From NCBI GenBank assembly GCA_963665325.3, contig CAXXWS020000003.1, forward strand, positions 608,001 to 672,000: 64,000 nucleotides of DNA, written 5' to 3'. Source of the DNA: Alphaproteobacteria bacterium. Lineage in GTDB: Bacteria; Pseudomonadota; Alphaproteobacteria; Bin95. Of the stretch, positions 19,286-29,339 are shown piece by piece (positions within the stretch are counted from its first letter, which is position 1; each line of letters begins with the position of its first letter). The position numbers and the translations under genes were made by a program. Below the pieces are notes generated by a model that did no database searches, had not been told where the DNA came from, and was given only the letters and a program-made list of their open reading frames with translations.

Positions 19286-20101
19286 ATGACCGATACCATG
19301 CCGACCCTGCCCGAGAGCGAGGCGACCGGCCGCGCCGCCGCCCTCTATACCGACATAAGGGATGTCCTCGGCGTGCCGGTGGTGAACCTGATCTGGCGTC
19401 GCCTCGCCTTTTTCCCGGGCGCGCTGGAATGGGCGTGGAGCGCCGTCAGGCCGCTCTATGCGGGCGGCGCGGCCGATGCCGCAGCCGCTGCGATCCGGGC
19501 CCGTACGCCGCTGCCGGACCTGCCGCCCTGGCCCCGCGAAATGCTGCCGGCCATGGGTCTCGGCGGGGCGGAGACCGAGGCGATCCTGCGTATGCTGGCG
19601 AGCTACGACCGCGGCAACCGGCTGAACCTCGCCGCACTCGGCGCGCTGCTGCAGGCGCTCGAAGGCGCGCCCGCAGGCGGCTCCGCTCCGGCAGCCGGAG
19701 GCGGCGTGCGCGCGGCGGTCGAGGGCGAACTGCCGCCGATCCCCGCCATGGAGGCGCTTTCGCCGGAGGTCCGGGACCTGGTGCTCGCCCTGAACGGGCT
19801 CGGCAATAGCGGCGATACCGTCGTGGCGAGCCTCTACCGGCACCTGGCCTGGTGGCCGGGCTACCTGGCGCTCGCCTGGGTGCAGCTTGCCGCGCTCGAC
19901 CGGGACGGGCGGCTTGCGGCCACGATCGCCGCCGGCGCGGAGGCCGCGCGGGAGGCGTCCGCCGGGATCGTCGGGGGCCTCGACCTGCCGGCGGAGCCGC
20001 CGCCGGCCGCGGTCGGCGAGGCGGTGGGCCAGTTCGTGCGCGGCCCCATCGCCCGGATGACGCCGGTCTCCCTGCTGCTGCTGCGCCTCCTCGGGAAATG
20101 A
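19286..20101 (+). CDS. DehI (group I haloacid dehalogenase)-like protein
   Basis: ESEATGRAAALYTDIRDVLGVPVVNLIWRRLA..PGALEWAW and an internal second repeat VASLYRHLAWWPGYLALAW. Confidence 0.55.
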   Translation: MTDTMPTLPESEATGRAAALYTDIRDVLGVPVVNLIWRRLAFFPGALEWAWSAVRPLYAGGAADAAAAAIRARTPLPDLPPWPREMLPAMGLGGAETEAILRMLASYDRGNRLNLAALGALLQALEGAPAGGSAPAAGGGVRAAVEGELPPIPAMEALSPEVRDLVLALNGLGNSGDTVVASLYRHLAWWPGYLALAWVQLAALDRDGRLAATIAAGAEAAREASAGIVGGLDLPAEPPPAAVGEAVGQFVRGPIARMTPVSLLLLRLLGK

Positions 20102-20868
20102 GGCCGGAGCTGCCGAGGCTCGCGCCGGGCGAGGTCTGGCTCGTGGGCGCGGGCCCCGGCGACCCCGGCCTGCTGACCCTGCTCGCAGCTTGCGCGCTCG
20201 AAGACGCGGATGTGGTGGTGCATGACGCGCTGGTCGATCCGGGCGTGCTGGCGATGGCGCGGGCGGGCGCGCGCGTCGTTCATGCCGGCAAGCGCGGCGG
20301 GCGGCCCTCGCCCTGCCAGCCGGACATCTCCGCCCGGCTGGTGGCGGAGGCGAAGGCCGGCGCGCGCGTGCTGCGCCTCAAGGGCGGCGACCCGTTTGTG
20401 TTCGGGCGCGGCGGCGAGGAAGCGCTGGCGCTCGCGGCAGCGGGCGTGCCGTTCCGCATCGTGCCGGGCGTCACGGCCGGCATCGGCGGGCTCGCCTATG
20501 CCGGCATCCCGGCGACGCACCGCGACGCCAATTCCGCCGTCACCTTCGTCTCCGGCCACGCCTCGCCCGAGGAGAGCGGCCTGGACTGGGAGGCGCTCGC
20601 AAGAGGCTCGCCCGCGCTGGTCTTCTACATGGCGCTCCGGCGCATCGACGCCATCGCCGCGCGCCTCATGGCCCATGGCCGCCCGCCTGACGAGCCCGCC
20701 GCCATCGTCAGCCACGCCGCCACCCCCCGCCAGCGCGTCATCGAGACCACGCTCGCCGGTGTCGGCGCGGCGGCACAGGAGGCCGAGCCCCCCGCCGTCA
20801 TAGCGATAGGCCCCATAGCCGCTCTGCGCCCGCGCCTGGACTGGCTTGGGAAGCTGGGAGAAGGGTGA
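20098..20868 (+). CDS. cobA: Uroporphyrinogen-III C-methyltransferase
   Basis: VWLVGAGPGDPGLLTL, RLKGGDPFVFGRGGEE, VPGVTAG. Confidence 0.95.
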   Translation: MRPELPRLAPGEVWLVGAGPGDPGLLTLLAACALEDADVVVHDALVDPGVLAMARAGARVVHAGKRGGRPSPCQPDISARLVAEAKAGARVLRLKGGDPFVFGRGGEEALALAAAGVPFRIVPGVTAGIGGLAYAGIPATHRDANSAVTFVSGHASPEESGLDWEALARGSPALVFYMALRRIDAIAARLMAHGRPPDEPAAIVSHAATPRQRVIETTLAGVGAAAQEAEPPAVIAIGPIAALRPRLDWLGKLGEG

Positions 20869-21026
20869 ACGGCATTCGGGTAGGAAGGGGTCCGCGGAAG
20901 CATGTATGACTACCGATTGGACAGGATGCCGGAATGACGGGACGCGCTCGCGGATCAGGAAACGGAAGCGCGCTTTCGCCCGGGCATGGACGGCGGGCTT
21001 TGCGCCGGGTGTGGGGAAGAAACGCC

Positions 21027-21797
21027 ATGACCCGCGTCTGGACCGTTCTGGCCGCTGCCGTCCTGTCGGTCGCGCCGGCATCGGGCGCCCCGCTGGTCGC
21101 GTGGGACTCGGAGGAGAGCGCGGCGCGCTTCTCGCGCTCGGCGCACAAGGCGGATTTCTTCCCCCTCAGCAACCATTTCGTCAGCCAGGACAACAAGATC
21201 TATTGCGGCCCGGCCTCGTCCGCGATCGTGCTCAATGCGCTCCGTCTCGGCAAGCGCAAGGGGCTGCCGCAGGACCGCCGCGCTATCGCCGCCGCGGACA
21301 TGGCATGGCTGCCGGCCGGCCTCGATCCCTTCCTCGGCAAATACACGCCGAACAATGTGCTGATCGACGGCACGAAGACCGTGGCGGAGGTTCTGGGCAA
21401 GCCCGTCGAGATCGGGGGAGAGTGGCGCAGGGACTTCGGCCTGCAGCTTCGCCAGCTCGGCCGGGTGCTTCGCGCGCACGGCCTGTCGGTCACGGTGCGC
21501 GTCGTGGAGGACGGCGCGGCGTCCGGAACGCTGCGCGACGAGCTGGCCCGGAACCTGGCCGCCCGGGACGACTATGTACTCGTCAACTATTCCCGCAAGG
21601 CGCTCGGACAGACGGGCGGCGGGCATATCTCGCCGCTCGGGGCCTATGACCGGGCAAGCGATTCCTTCCTCGTCATGGATGTGAACCCGAACCGCGCACC
21701 CTGGGTCTGGGTCCGGGCGAGCGACCTGATCGCCGCCATGCGGACCTTCGATACCGTCGAGAACCGGGGCTACCTGCTTATCTCGGAAGGAGAGTAG
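21027..21797 (+). CDS. Phytochelatin synthase family protein with signal peptide
   Basis: QDNKIYCGPASSAIVLNAL, GGGHISPLGAYD, LVMDVN (Cys-His-Asp triad); N-terminal signal peptide. Confidence 0.88.
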   Translation: MTRVWTVLAAAVLSVAPASGAPLVAWDSEESAARFSRSAHKADFFPLSNHFVSQDNKIYCGPASSAIVLNALRLGKRKGLPQDRRAIAAADMAWLPAGLDPFLGKYTPNNVLIDGTKTVAEVLGKPVEIGGEWRRDFGLQLRQLGRVLRAHGLSVTVRVVEDGAASGTLRDELARNLAARDDYVLVNYSRKALGQTGGGHISPLGAYDRASDSFLVMDVNPNRAPWVWVRASDLIAAMRTFDTVENRGYLLISEGE

Positions 21798-21886
21798 CCC
21801 GGCGGCGCCGGCCGAAAGAGGCGGGGCGCTGCGTCCGCTCTTCCCGGTCGGACGGTTCGGCGGCAATCCCTCGCAACCATGCGGCG

Positions 21887-22315
21887 TCAGGCGAGGGGAT
21901 TGACCCACCTGAGACCCGGAAACCGCGCCATGTCCGCGTCGGTCGAATGAAGTTCGGCCTGATGCTCGATAGCCAGCGCGGCGAGATGGGCGTCCGTGGT
22001 CAGATTGCCGGCGGAGCCTGCCGCTTCCAGGAGGGCGAACAGAATGTCCGCATGGCGGTCTCCCGGATGAATAAGGACCGTTTGGGGCCTTCCGAGCCAT
22101 GACCGGACGTACATGCAGGCGCCGCCTATATCGAGCGGCCTGTCGAAAATCCTGGGATTTGTGGCGATGCGTATGAAGCCCAGGATCGCGACCCAGGGAA
22201 GGCCGACGCCGACGGAGCCGTTCATCAGCGTCTCCCACCACCTCCGCGCCGCCTCGTGGCGAGGGGACCGGGAATCGTGACTATGCAGGAGCAGGTTGAC
22301 GTCGGGAACGATCAC
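21887..22315 (-). CDS. vapC: PIN-domain VapC toxin (mycobacterial VapC-like subgroup)
   Basis: MIVPDVNLLL, GFIRIATNPRIF, TDAHLAALAIEH, STDADMARF. Confidence 0.9.
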   Translation of the reverse strand: MIVPDVNLLLHSHDSRSPRHEAARRWWETLMNGSVGVGLPWVAILGFIRIATNPRIFDRPLDIGGACMYVRSWLGRPQTVLIHPGDRHADILFALLEAAGSAGNLTTDAHLAALAIEHQAELHSTDADMARFPGLRWVNPLA

Positions 22316-22572
22316 CGGCTGCGCCGCCGGGCGAATTCTTCCGCTTCCAACTCATCGACAAGCTGGTTGAACCGATCCCTGTCAACGCCCGGCCCGATGC
22401 CGAAGTCATGGGGCTTCACCTTATAGCGAGACGGGCGGGGCGGTTTGCCGCGCATTCCCAGCCCAAGGCGCAAAGCATCGTTGACGACAGCCTTCATACT
22501 CCTGCCGGTGCGCCGGATTTCCCGCTGAAGCAACTGCTCGACATCCGCGTCGAGGGTCAGTGTGGTTCTCAT
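22312..22572 (-). CDS. vapB: RHH-type VapB antitoxin
   Basis: MRTTLTLDADV...SMKAVVNDALRLGL; 4-nt overlap with vapC. Confidence 0.85.
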   Translation of the reverse strand: MRTTLTLDADVEQLLQREIRRTGRSMKAVVNDALRLGLGMRGKPPRPSRYKVKPHDFGIGPGVDRDRFNQLVDELEAEEFARRRSR

Positions 22573-22576
22573 ATGA

Positions 22577-22608
22577 GGCATCATGATGCCCATCATAATT
22601 GATGTCAA
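22577..22608 (-). promoter_or_regulatory. vapBC promoter and operator palindromes
   Basis: Minus strand TTGACA (22608-22603), 17 nt, CATGAT (22585-22580); palindromes GGCATCATGATGCC (22577-22590) and CATCA-TAAT-TGATG (22591-22604). Confidence 0.75.
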
Positions 22609-22828
22609 GATGCGCCATGGCATCGGCATTGGACCGGGCCCTTGCAGCCGGACAGCTTCATGCGGCTGATTTGACCGGCTCGCGGGGCTGTTTCCCCTTC
22701 GGGAGTCCGTTTCGGTCCCCGAAATGCCGACCGCGCATGGAGATTGCCGAAAGGGGTATTTCCCCGATGCCCTGCCGCCGTTCACGGTCGCCTCCTTTTC
22801 AGGCCGAGCGCGCCCGGGAGGTGAGACG

Positions 22829-23812
22829 ATGCCCGAGATGGCGAAACGGCGTTCCCTGCAAGTCCTGGCCGCGTTTCTTGCGGTGCTTGTTCCTTCGTCC
22901 TGTGCAGAGAGATTCGATAGCTCGCCCGCCGCCGCCGGGGAGGTGCGGACCCTGCGGCACCAGGGCGTCGAGCGGCGCTACTACCTGCAGAACGGGGAGG
23001 CGGGGGTTGCCGCGCCCGCGCCGCTGGTCGTGTCGCTGCACGGATACCGCAGCAGGGAGAAGGCCTTGGCGGAACGCGAAGACCTGGGCCGTATCGGCTG
23101 GGACGCGCTGGGCCGGGTGGCAGGCCGCGAGCGGTTCATTGTCGCCTATCCGCATGCCTGGCTCGGGAAATGGAACCTGTTCGACGGGCTCGATAACACG
23201 ACATTCGAGGACGGGCGGAAGGCGGACGATATTGGCTTCATCTTCGCGGTGGTCTCGCACCTCGTCGAGGAGGGCCTGGCAGATCCCGAACGGGTCTATC
23301 TGACAGGGTTCTCCGACGGCGCGATCATGTCCTACAGGCTGCTTTGCACGGCCGGGATGCCGTTTGCCGCCGCCGCCCCCGGGGCCGGGTCGATGTTCGA
23401 GGGGCACCGGGACTCATGCGCGGCGGAAGCGCCGGTGCCGATCATGGTCATCGCCGGCACATTCGATGCGGTCTTGCCTTACGACGGCTGGATATTCCCG
23501 ACGGGGCGCGAACTGTCTATTCCCGAGACGTTGGAGCATTTCCGTCGGCTCAACGGTTGCACCGGCCAGGAAGGTGCACTCCGGTACGACCGGGACGGCT
23601 GGGACGACAGCCGCGTGCTCGAAATGCGCTGGACGGGCTGCACGGTCGAGGGCTCCGTCAAGCTCCTCAAGGTCAAGGGCGGCGGCCACAACTGGCCCAG
23701 CTACGAACCCCTCCCCTCGGAATGGCGCAAATGGGCCGGCGCCCACAATCGCGACATCGAGAGCGCGGAGGAAATCTGGAAGTTCGTGCGCCGGTTCCGC
23801 AAGGAGGGGTGA
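22829..23812 (+). CDS. LpqC/PHB depolymerase-family esterase, probable lipoprotein
   Basis: LVVSLHG, DDIGFI, VYLTGFSDGA (GxSxG), GGGHNWP; signal peptide ending in Cys. Confidence 0.8.
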   Translation: MPEMAKRRSLQVLAAFLAVLVPSSCAERFDSSPAAAGEVRTLRHQGVERRYYLQNGEAGVAAPAPLVVSLHGYRSREKALAEREDLGRIGWDALGRVAGRERFIVAYPHAWLGKWNLFDGLDNTTFEDGRKADDIGFIFAVVSHLVEEGLADPERVYLTGFSDGAIMSYRLLCTAGMPFAAAAPGAGSMFEGHRDSCAAEAPVPIMVIAGTFDAVLPYDGWIFPTGRELSIPETLEHFRRLNGCTGQEGALRYDRDGWDDSRVLEMRWTGCTVEGSVKLLKVKGGGHNWPSYEPLPSEWRKWAGAHNRDIESAEEIWKFVRRFRKEG

Positions 23813-23882
23813 GCCGGCGCCAGCCCCTTCCCGGCGGCGCGGCGCGGGGCTATACCGGAGGGGTCGTTGGCGGCGGGGCGGC

Positions 23883-24314
23883 ATGGCGGACTTGGAGATC
23901 ATCCTTCTCGGAATTGCGGTGGCGGCGAGCGCGCTTGCGTTCGGCGGCATGGTGACCTTCACCGGCTTCTTCGCGCCGATGGTGTTCCGCAGGCTCGACA
24001 AGCCGGTCGCCGACGCCTTCATGCGGGACGCCTTCGGCCCCTATTACATCTTCATGGCCGTCGTTTCCGGCATCGCGGCAGTGTCGGCGCTCCCTGTGCA
24101 GCCCTGGGACGCCGCGATCATGGCGCTGGTGACGGCCGCGTTCCTCGCCTCGCGCTATGTGACCATGCCGCAGACCCAGCGCCTGTTCGACGCCCGCGAG
24201 CGGGGCGAATACGGTGCGGCGGACGAATTCACGCGCGCCCACAAGCGCGGGGCCTTCGTCAACATGATCCAACTGGTCGCCGTTCTGGTCGCGCTGCTGC
24301 GGCTGGCGCTCTGA
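23883..24314 (+). CDS. DUF4149-like membrane protein
   Basis: Four TM helices, FFAPMVFRRL...FMRDAFGPYY, F.RAHK..AFVN. Confidence 0.7.
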   Translation: MADLEIILLGIAVAASALAFGGMVTFTGFFAPMVFRRLDKPVADAFMRDAFGPYYIFMAVVSGIAAVSALPVQPWDAAIMALVTAAFLASRYVTMPQTQRLFDARERGEYGAADEFTRAHKRGAFVNMIQLVAVLVALLRLAL

Positions 24315-24329
24315 GGCGCCGGCGCTCCC

Positions 24330-24920
24330 ATGCGCAGGGGCCTGCAGATCGGGCTGCTCGTTTCCGGCGTCATCGTCTGCGTGCTCGCCGGCTACTGGCT
24401 CTGGTGGGCGCTAGACGGCGGGCCGGAGCGGGGCCGACCGAGCGTGGGCGGGCCGTTCGAGCTGATCGACGGCGACGGGCGGAAGGTCACGGAGCGGGAC
24501 TTCGAGGGCCGGCACATGCTGGTCTATTTCGGCTACACCTTCTGCCCCGACGTGTGCCCGACCACGCTCTTCAATGCCAGCGGGGCGCTGGACGAGATCG
24601 GCCCGGCGCTGGCGTCGAAGGTCCGGCTGGTCTTCATCTCCATCGACCCCGAGCGCGACACGCCCGATATCGTCAGGGAATATGCCGGCCACTTCCATCC
24701 CGGCACGGTGGGCCTGACCGGCACGCCGGAACAGGTCGCCGCCGCCGCCCGCGCCTTCCGCATCTACTACCGCAAGGCCGAGCCGGAGGAGGACGGCGGC
24801 TACCTGGTGGACCACTCCTCCATCCTGTTCCTGATGGACGGGGACGGGCGCTACGTCACGCACTTCAGCCATGAGGCGACCGCGGCGGACATGGCAGCGG
24901 CGCTAAAACGCCTGCTGTGA
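24330..24920 (+). CDS. SCO1/SenC family copper chaperone
   Basis: GGPFELID, YFGYTFCPDVCP, SIDPERD, YLVDHS. Confidence 0.92.
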   Translation: MRRGLQIGLLVSGVIVCVLAGYWLWWALDGGPERGRPSVGGPFELIDGDGRKVTERDFEGRHMLVYFGYTFCPDVCPTTLFNASGALDEIGPALASKVRLVFISIDPERDTPDIVREYAGHFHPGTVGLTGTPEQVAAAARAFRIYYRKAEPEEDGGYLVDHSSILFLMDGDGRYVTHFSHEATAADMAAALKRLL

Positions 24921-26167
24921 AAGGCGTGGTCCTGGCCGCGCCGGCCTCGGGTAGCGGCAAGACGACGATTGCCGCGGGCCTCGTCCGCGCACTTCGCCGA
25001 GAGGGCCACACCGTGCAGCCCTACAAGGCGGGGCCGGACTATATCGATGCGGGTTTCCTCGCCGCCGCTGCGGGCCGGCCCTGCCGCAATCTCGACCCCT
25101 GGGCGATGCGCCCCGAAACGTTCGCGGGGGCGCTCGACGCGGATGCCGACCTCGCCGTGGTCGAAGGGGTCATGGGCCTCTTCGACGGGGCGGAAGGCGG
25201 CGGCGGGTCCACTGCCGACCTGGCGGCGCTCACGGGCTGGCCGGTCGTGTTCGCGGTGGATTGCGCGGGGCAGGGCCAGTCGGTCGCCGCGCTGCTGGAA
25301 GGCTTTGCGCGCCACCGGGGCGACATCGACATTGCCGGGGCGGTGCTCAACCGGGTAGCGGGCGACCGTCACGAGGCGCTGCTGCGCGAGCGGGCGGGCG
25401 CGGTGCCGATCCTGGCCGCAATGTCGCGCGATCCGGCGCTGGCGCTGCCTTCGCGCCATCTGGGGCTGGTGCAGGCGGGCGAGCATCCCGGGCTCGAAGG
25501 CTGGCTGGAGCGTGCCGCGGACCTCGTGCCGGCGGCGGCGTTTCCCTTCGGCCCGCTCCGGATGGCGGCGGCGCGGAAAGCGAACGGAACGCCCCTGCCG
25601 CCGCCCGGCCAGCGCATCGCGGTCGCACGCGACGAGGCCTTCGCCTTCGCTTATGAGCATGTGCTGGCTGGCTGGCGGCGCGCCGGGGCCGAAATCGCCT
25701 TCTTCTCGCCGCTCGCCGATGAGGCGCCCGACGGTGACGCGGTCTTCCTGCCGGGCGGTTATCCCGAGCTCCATGCCGGGCGCATCGCGGCGGCCCATAA
25801 CTTCCTGGGCGCGCTTCGCCGGCACGAGGGACCGGTCTACGGCGAATGCGGCGGCTATATGGTGCTGGGCGAAGGGCTGGAGGACGCGGAGGGCAAATGC
25901 CACGCCATGGCGGGCCTGCTGCCGCTGGAAACGAGCTTCGCCGGGCCTGTCCGCCGCCTTGGCTACCGCCGGCTTGCCGCACAGGGAGGATTTCCGCTCG
26001 GCAGGACGTTTCGCGGCCACGAATTCCACTATGCGCGCGTGTTCCGCGAAGGCCCGGGCGAACCGCTGTTCGAAGCGGCGGACACACTCGGCCGCCCGCT
26101 CGGTTCCGCCGGCCTCGTTCGCGGCAGGGTCGCCGGCTCATTCATGCACCTGATCGACGCCGCCTGA
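24917..26167 (+). CDS. cobB: Cobyrinate a,c-diamide synthase
   Basis: SGSGKTT, KAGPDYID, VEGVMGLFDG, PGGYPELH, GECGGYM, GHEFHY. Confidence 0.93.
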   Translation: MKGVVLAAPASGSGKTTIAAGLVRALRREGHTVQPYKAGPDYIDAGFLAAAAGRPCRNLDPWAMRPETFAGALDADADLAVVEGVMGLFDGAEGGGGSTADLAALTGWPVVFAVDCAGQGQSVAALLEGFARHRGDIDIAGAVLNRVAGDRHEALLRERAGAVPILAAMSRDPALALPSRHLGLVQAGEHPGLEGWLERAADLVPAAAFPFGPLRMAAARKANGTPLPPPGQRIAVARDEAFAFAYEHVLAGWRRAGAEIAFFSPLADEAPDGDAVFLPGGYPELHAGRIAAAHNFLGALRRHEGPVYGECGGYMVLGEGLEDAEGKCHAMAGLLPLETSFAGPVRRLGYRRLAAQGGFPLGRTFRGHEFHYARVFREGPGEPLFEAADTLGRPLGSAGLVRGRVAGSFMHLIDAA

Positions 26168-26181
26168 GGCGGGCCGCCGCG

Positions 26182-27387
<1,206 letters not shown>

Positions 27388-27390
27388 GGT

Positions 27391-28239
27391 TCAGCCCCGA
27401 TCCCTGCCGCCGCCCCGCTGCTTGCAGATGCGGTCCAGCAGGATGGCGACGATGACGATCGCGAGCCCGGCCTCGAAGCCCTTGGCAATGTTGACCGTAT
27501 TGAGCGCGCGCAGCACCGGCACGCCGAGGCCGGGCGCGCCTACCATCGCCGCGATGACGACCATGGAGAGGCTGAGCATGATGCACTGGGTGACGCCCGC
27601 CATAATGGTCGGCATGGCGTGCGGCAGCTCGACCTTCCAGAGCAGCTGGCGGCGTGTTGCGCCGAACGCCTCCCCCGCTTCGACCAGCGGCCGGGGCACG
27701 CTGGAAATCCCGAGATGGGTAAGGCGGACGGGGGCCGGGATGGCGAAGATCACGGTCGAGATCAGGCCCGGCACCACGCCCAGCCCGAACATGATCATGG
27801 TCGGGATCAGATAGACGAAGGTCGGGATGGTCTGCATCAGGTCGAGCACCGGCCGGATGGCGTTGTAGAGCCAGGGCCGGTGCGCCGCCGCGATGCCGAC
27901 GGGCACGCCGACGGCGATGCAGATCGCGGTCGAGAAGAGGATCAGGGTCAGCGTCTGGACCGTCGTTTCCCAGTAGCCGAGATTGATGACCAGCAGCAGC
28001 GTCAGGACGACCGCGGCGGCCAGCTTCCAGGACCGGTGCAGCCAGAAGGCGAGGCCGGCGATTGCCAGCACCAGGAGGAGCGCCGGCACGGCCAGCGCCA
28101 GACCGGCCACACCCTCGATCAGGAATTTCAGGACCTCGGACAGGTAATCGAAGAACCACGCCGCATGATCGAGCAGCAGGTCCACGAAGGACGCGATCCA
28201 CTTGCCGAGCGGAATCTTATGGTCCGTCAGCCAGTCCAA
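27391..28239 (-). CDS. choW: Choline ABC transporter permease
   Basis: DWLTDHKIPLG, LDLMQTIPTFVYLIP, EAGEAFGA. Confidence 0.9.
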   Translation of the reverse strand: MDWLTDHKIPLGKWIASFVDLLLDHAAWFFDYLSEVLKFLIEGVAGLALAVPALLLVLAIAGLAFWLHRSWKLAAAVVLTLLLVINLGYWETTVQTLTLILFSTAICIAVGVPVGIAAAHRPWLYNAIRPVLDLMQTIPTFVYLIPTMIMFGLGVVPGLISTVIFAIPAPVRLTHLGISSVPRPLVEAGEAFGATRRQLLWKVELPHAMPTIMAGVTQCIMLSLSMVVIAAMVGAPGLGVPVLRALNTVNIAKGFEAGLAIVIVAILLDRICKQRGGGRDRG

Positions 28240-28282
28240 GGTCTACCCCGCGGCGTTCCCGACCCGCCCGGGCCGGGCGCAG

Positions 28283-29230
28283 TTACAGGCCGAGATGCGC
28301 CTTGACGGCCGCCATGCCGTCGCCGCCGTCCATGGTCGTCACGCCGTCGAGCCAGCCGGCCAGCACGTCCGGATTGGCCTTGAGCCACGCCGTCGCTGCC
28401 TTGTCGGGCTCCTCGCCCTCGTCGAGGATCGCCGTCATGATCTCGTTTTCCATGGCCAGCGTGAACTTCAGGTTGGCCAGCAGCTTGCCGACATTGGGGC
28501 ATTCTGCGGCATAACCCTGCCGGACATTGGTGAACACCTCGGCGCCGCCGAAATTGGGGCCGAACCAGTCATCGCCGCCGGCGAGATAGGTCAGTTCGAA
28601 ATTGGCGTTCATCGGGTGCGGCTCCCAGCCGAGGAAGACGATCCACTCTTCCTTGCGGTTGGCGCGCGCGACCTGCGCCAGCATGCCCTGCTCGCTCGAC
28701 TCGACGACCTCGAAACCCTTGAGGCCGAAGGCGTCCTTGTCGATCATGCTCTGGATCAGGCGGTTGCCGTCATTGCCGGGTTCGATGCCGTAGATCTTGC
28801 CCTCCAGCATGTCCCGGTGCGCAGAGATGTCGCCGAAACTCTTGATGCCGCCATCGGCCGCCAGCTTGTTGACGGCGAGCGTGTATTTGGCGCCGGCGAG
28901 GTTCATGCCCACGGTCTCGACCGACCCGTCCTCGCGGTAGGGCGCGATATCGGCCTCCATCGTCGGCATCCAGTTGCCGAGGAAGACATCGATATCGCCG
29001 TTCTTGAGGCTGGTATAGGTGACCGGCACCGAGAGCACGGTCGCGCTCGGCTCGTAGCCGAGGCCCGTGAGGACGACCGAGGTTGCAGCGGTGGTGGAGG
29101 TGATGTCCGTCCACCCGACATCCGAGAAACGGACCGCCTTGCAGGAGTCCACATCGGCCGCCCAGCCGGCGGAAGACGCCATCAAGGCGGAAACAATTCC
29201 GATTGCTGCCAGTCGCATGCGTCCTGTCAT
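28283..29230 (-). CDS. choX: Choline ABC transporter substrate-binding protein
   Basis: VRFSDVGWTDI, FLGNWMP, GIEPGNDGN, LGWEPHPMN. Confidence 0.92.
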   Translation of the reverse strand: MTGRMRLAAIGIVSALMASSAGWAADVDSCKAVRFSDVGWTDITSTTAATSVVLTGLGYEPSATVLSVPVTYTSLKNGDIDVFLGNWMPTMEADIAPYREDGSVETVGMNLAGAKYTLAVNKLAADGGIKSFGDISAHRDMLEGKIYGIEPGNDGNRLIQSMIDKDAFGLKGFEVVESSEQGMLAQVARANRKEEWIVFLGWEPHPMNANFELTYLAGGDDWFGPNFGGAEVFTNVRQGYAAECPNVGKLLANLKFTLAMENEIMTAILDEGEEPDKAATAWLKANPDVLAGWLDGVTTMDGGDGMAAVKAHLGL

Positions 29231-29339
29231 CGCCCAGTCCTCCTGTTCCGGTGTCCGCCTGCATCCTTCTGTCTGCAAACCGGGCCATGGTACGGCTACC
29301 ATGACGGCGCCGCAAGGAAAGAAGCGGCGGGATGCAGCG

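Noticed and set aside
21798-22828. Terminal inverted repeats around the second vapBC pair
   Set aside because: Only a gapped 8+7 bp match (CGGCAATC...CCATGCG) and no target duplication; not comparable to the 6132-6923 cassette
17455-26167. Cobalamin riboswitch near the cob genes
   Set aside because: No B12-box or conserved core recognisable in the short intergenic gaps; an Infernal search would be needed to exclude a divergent one
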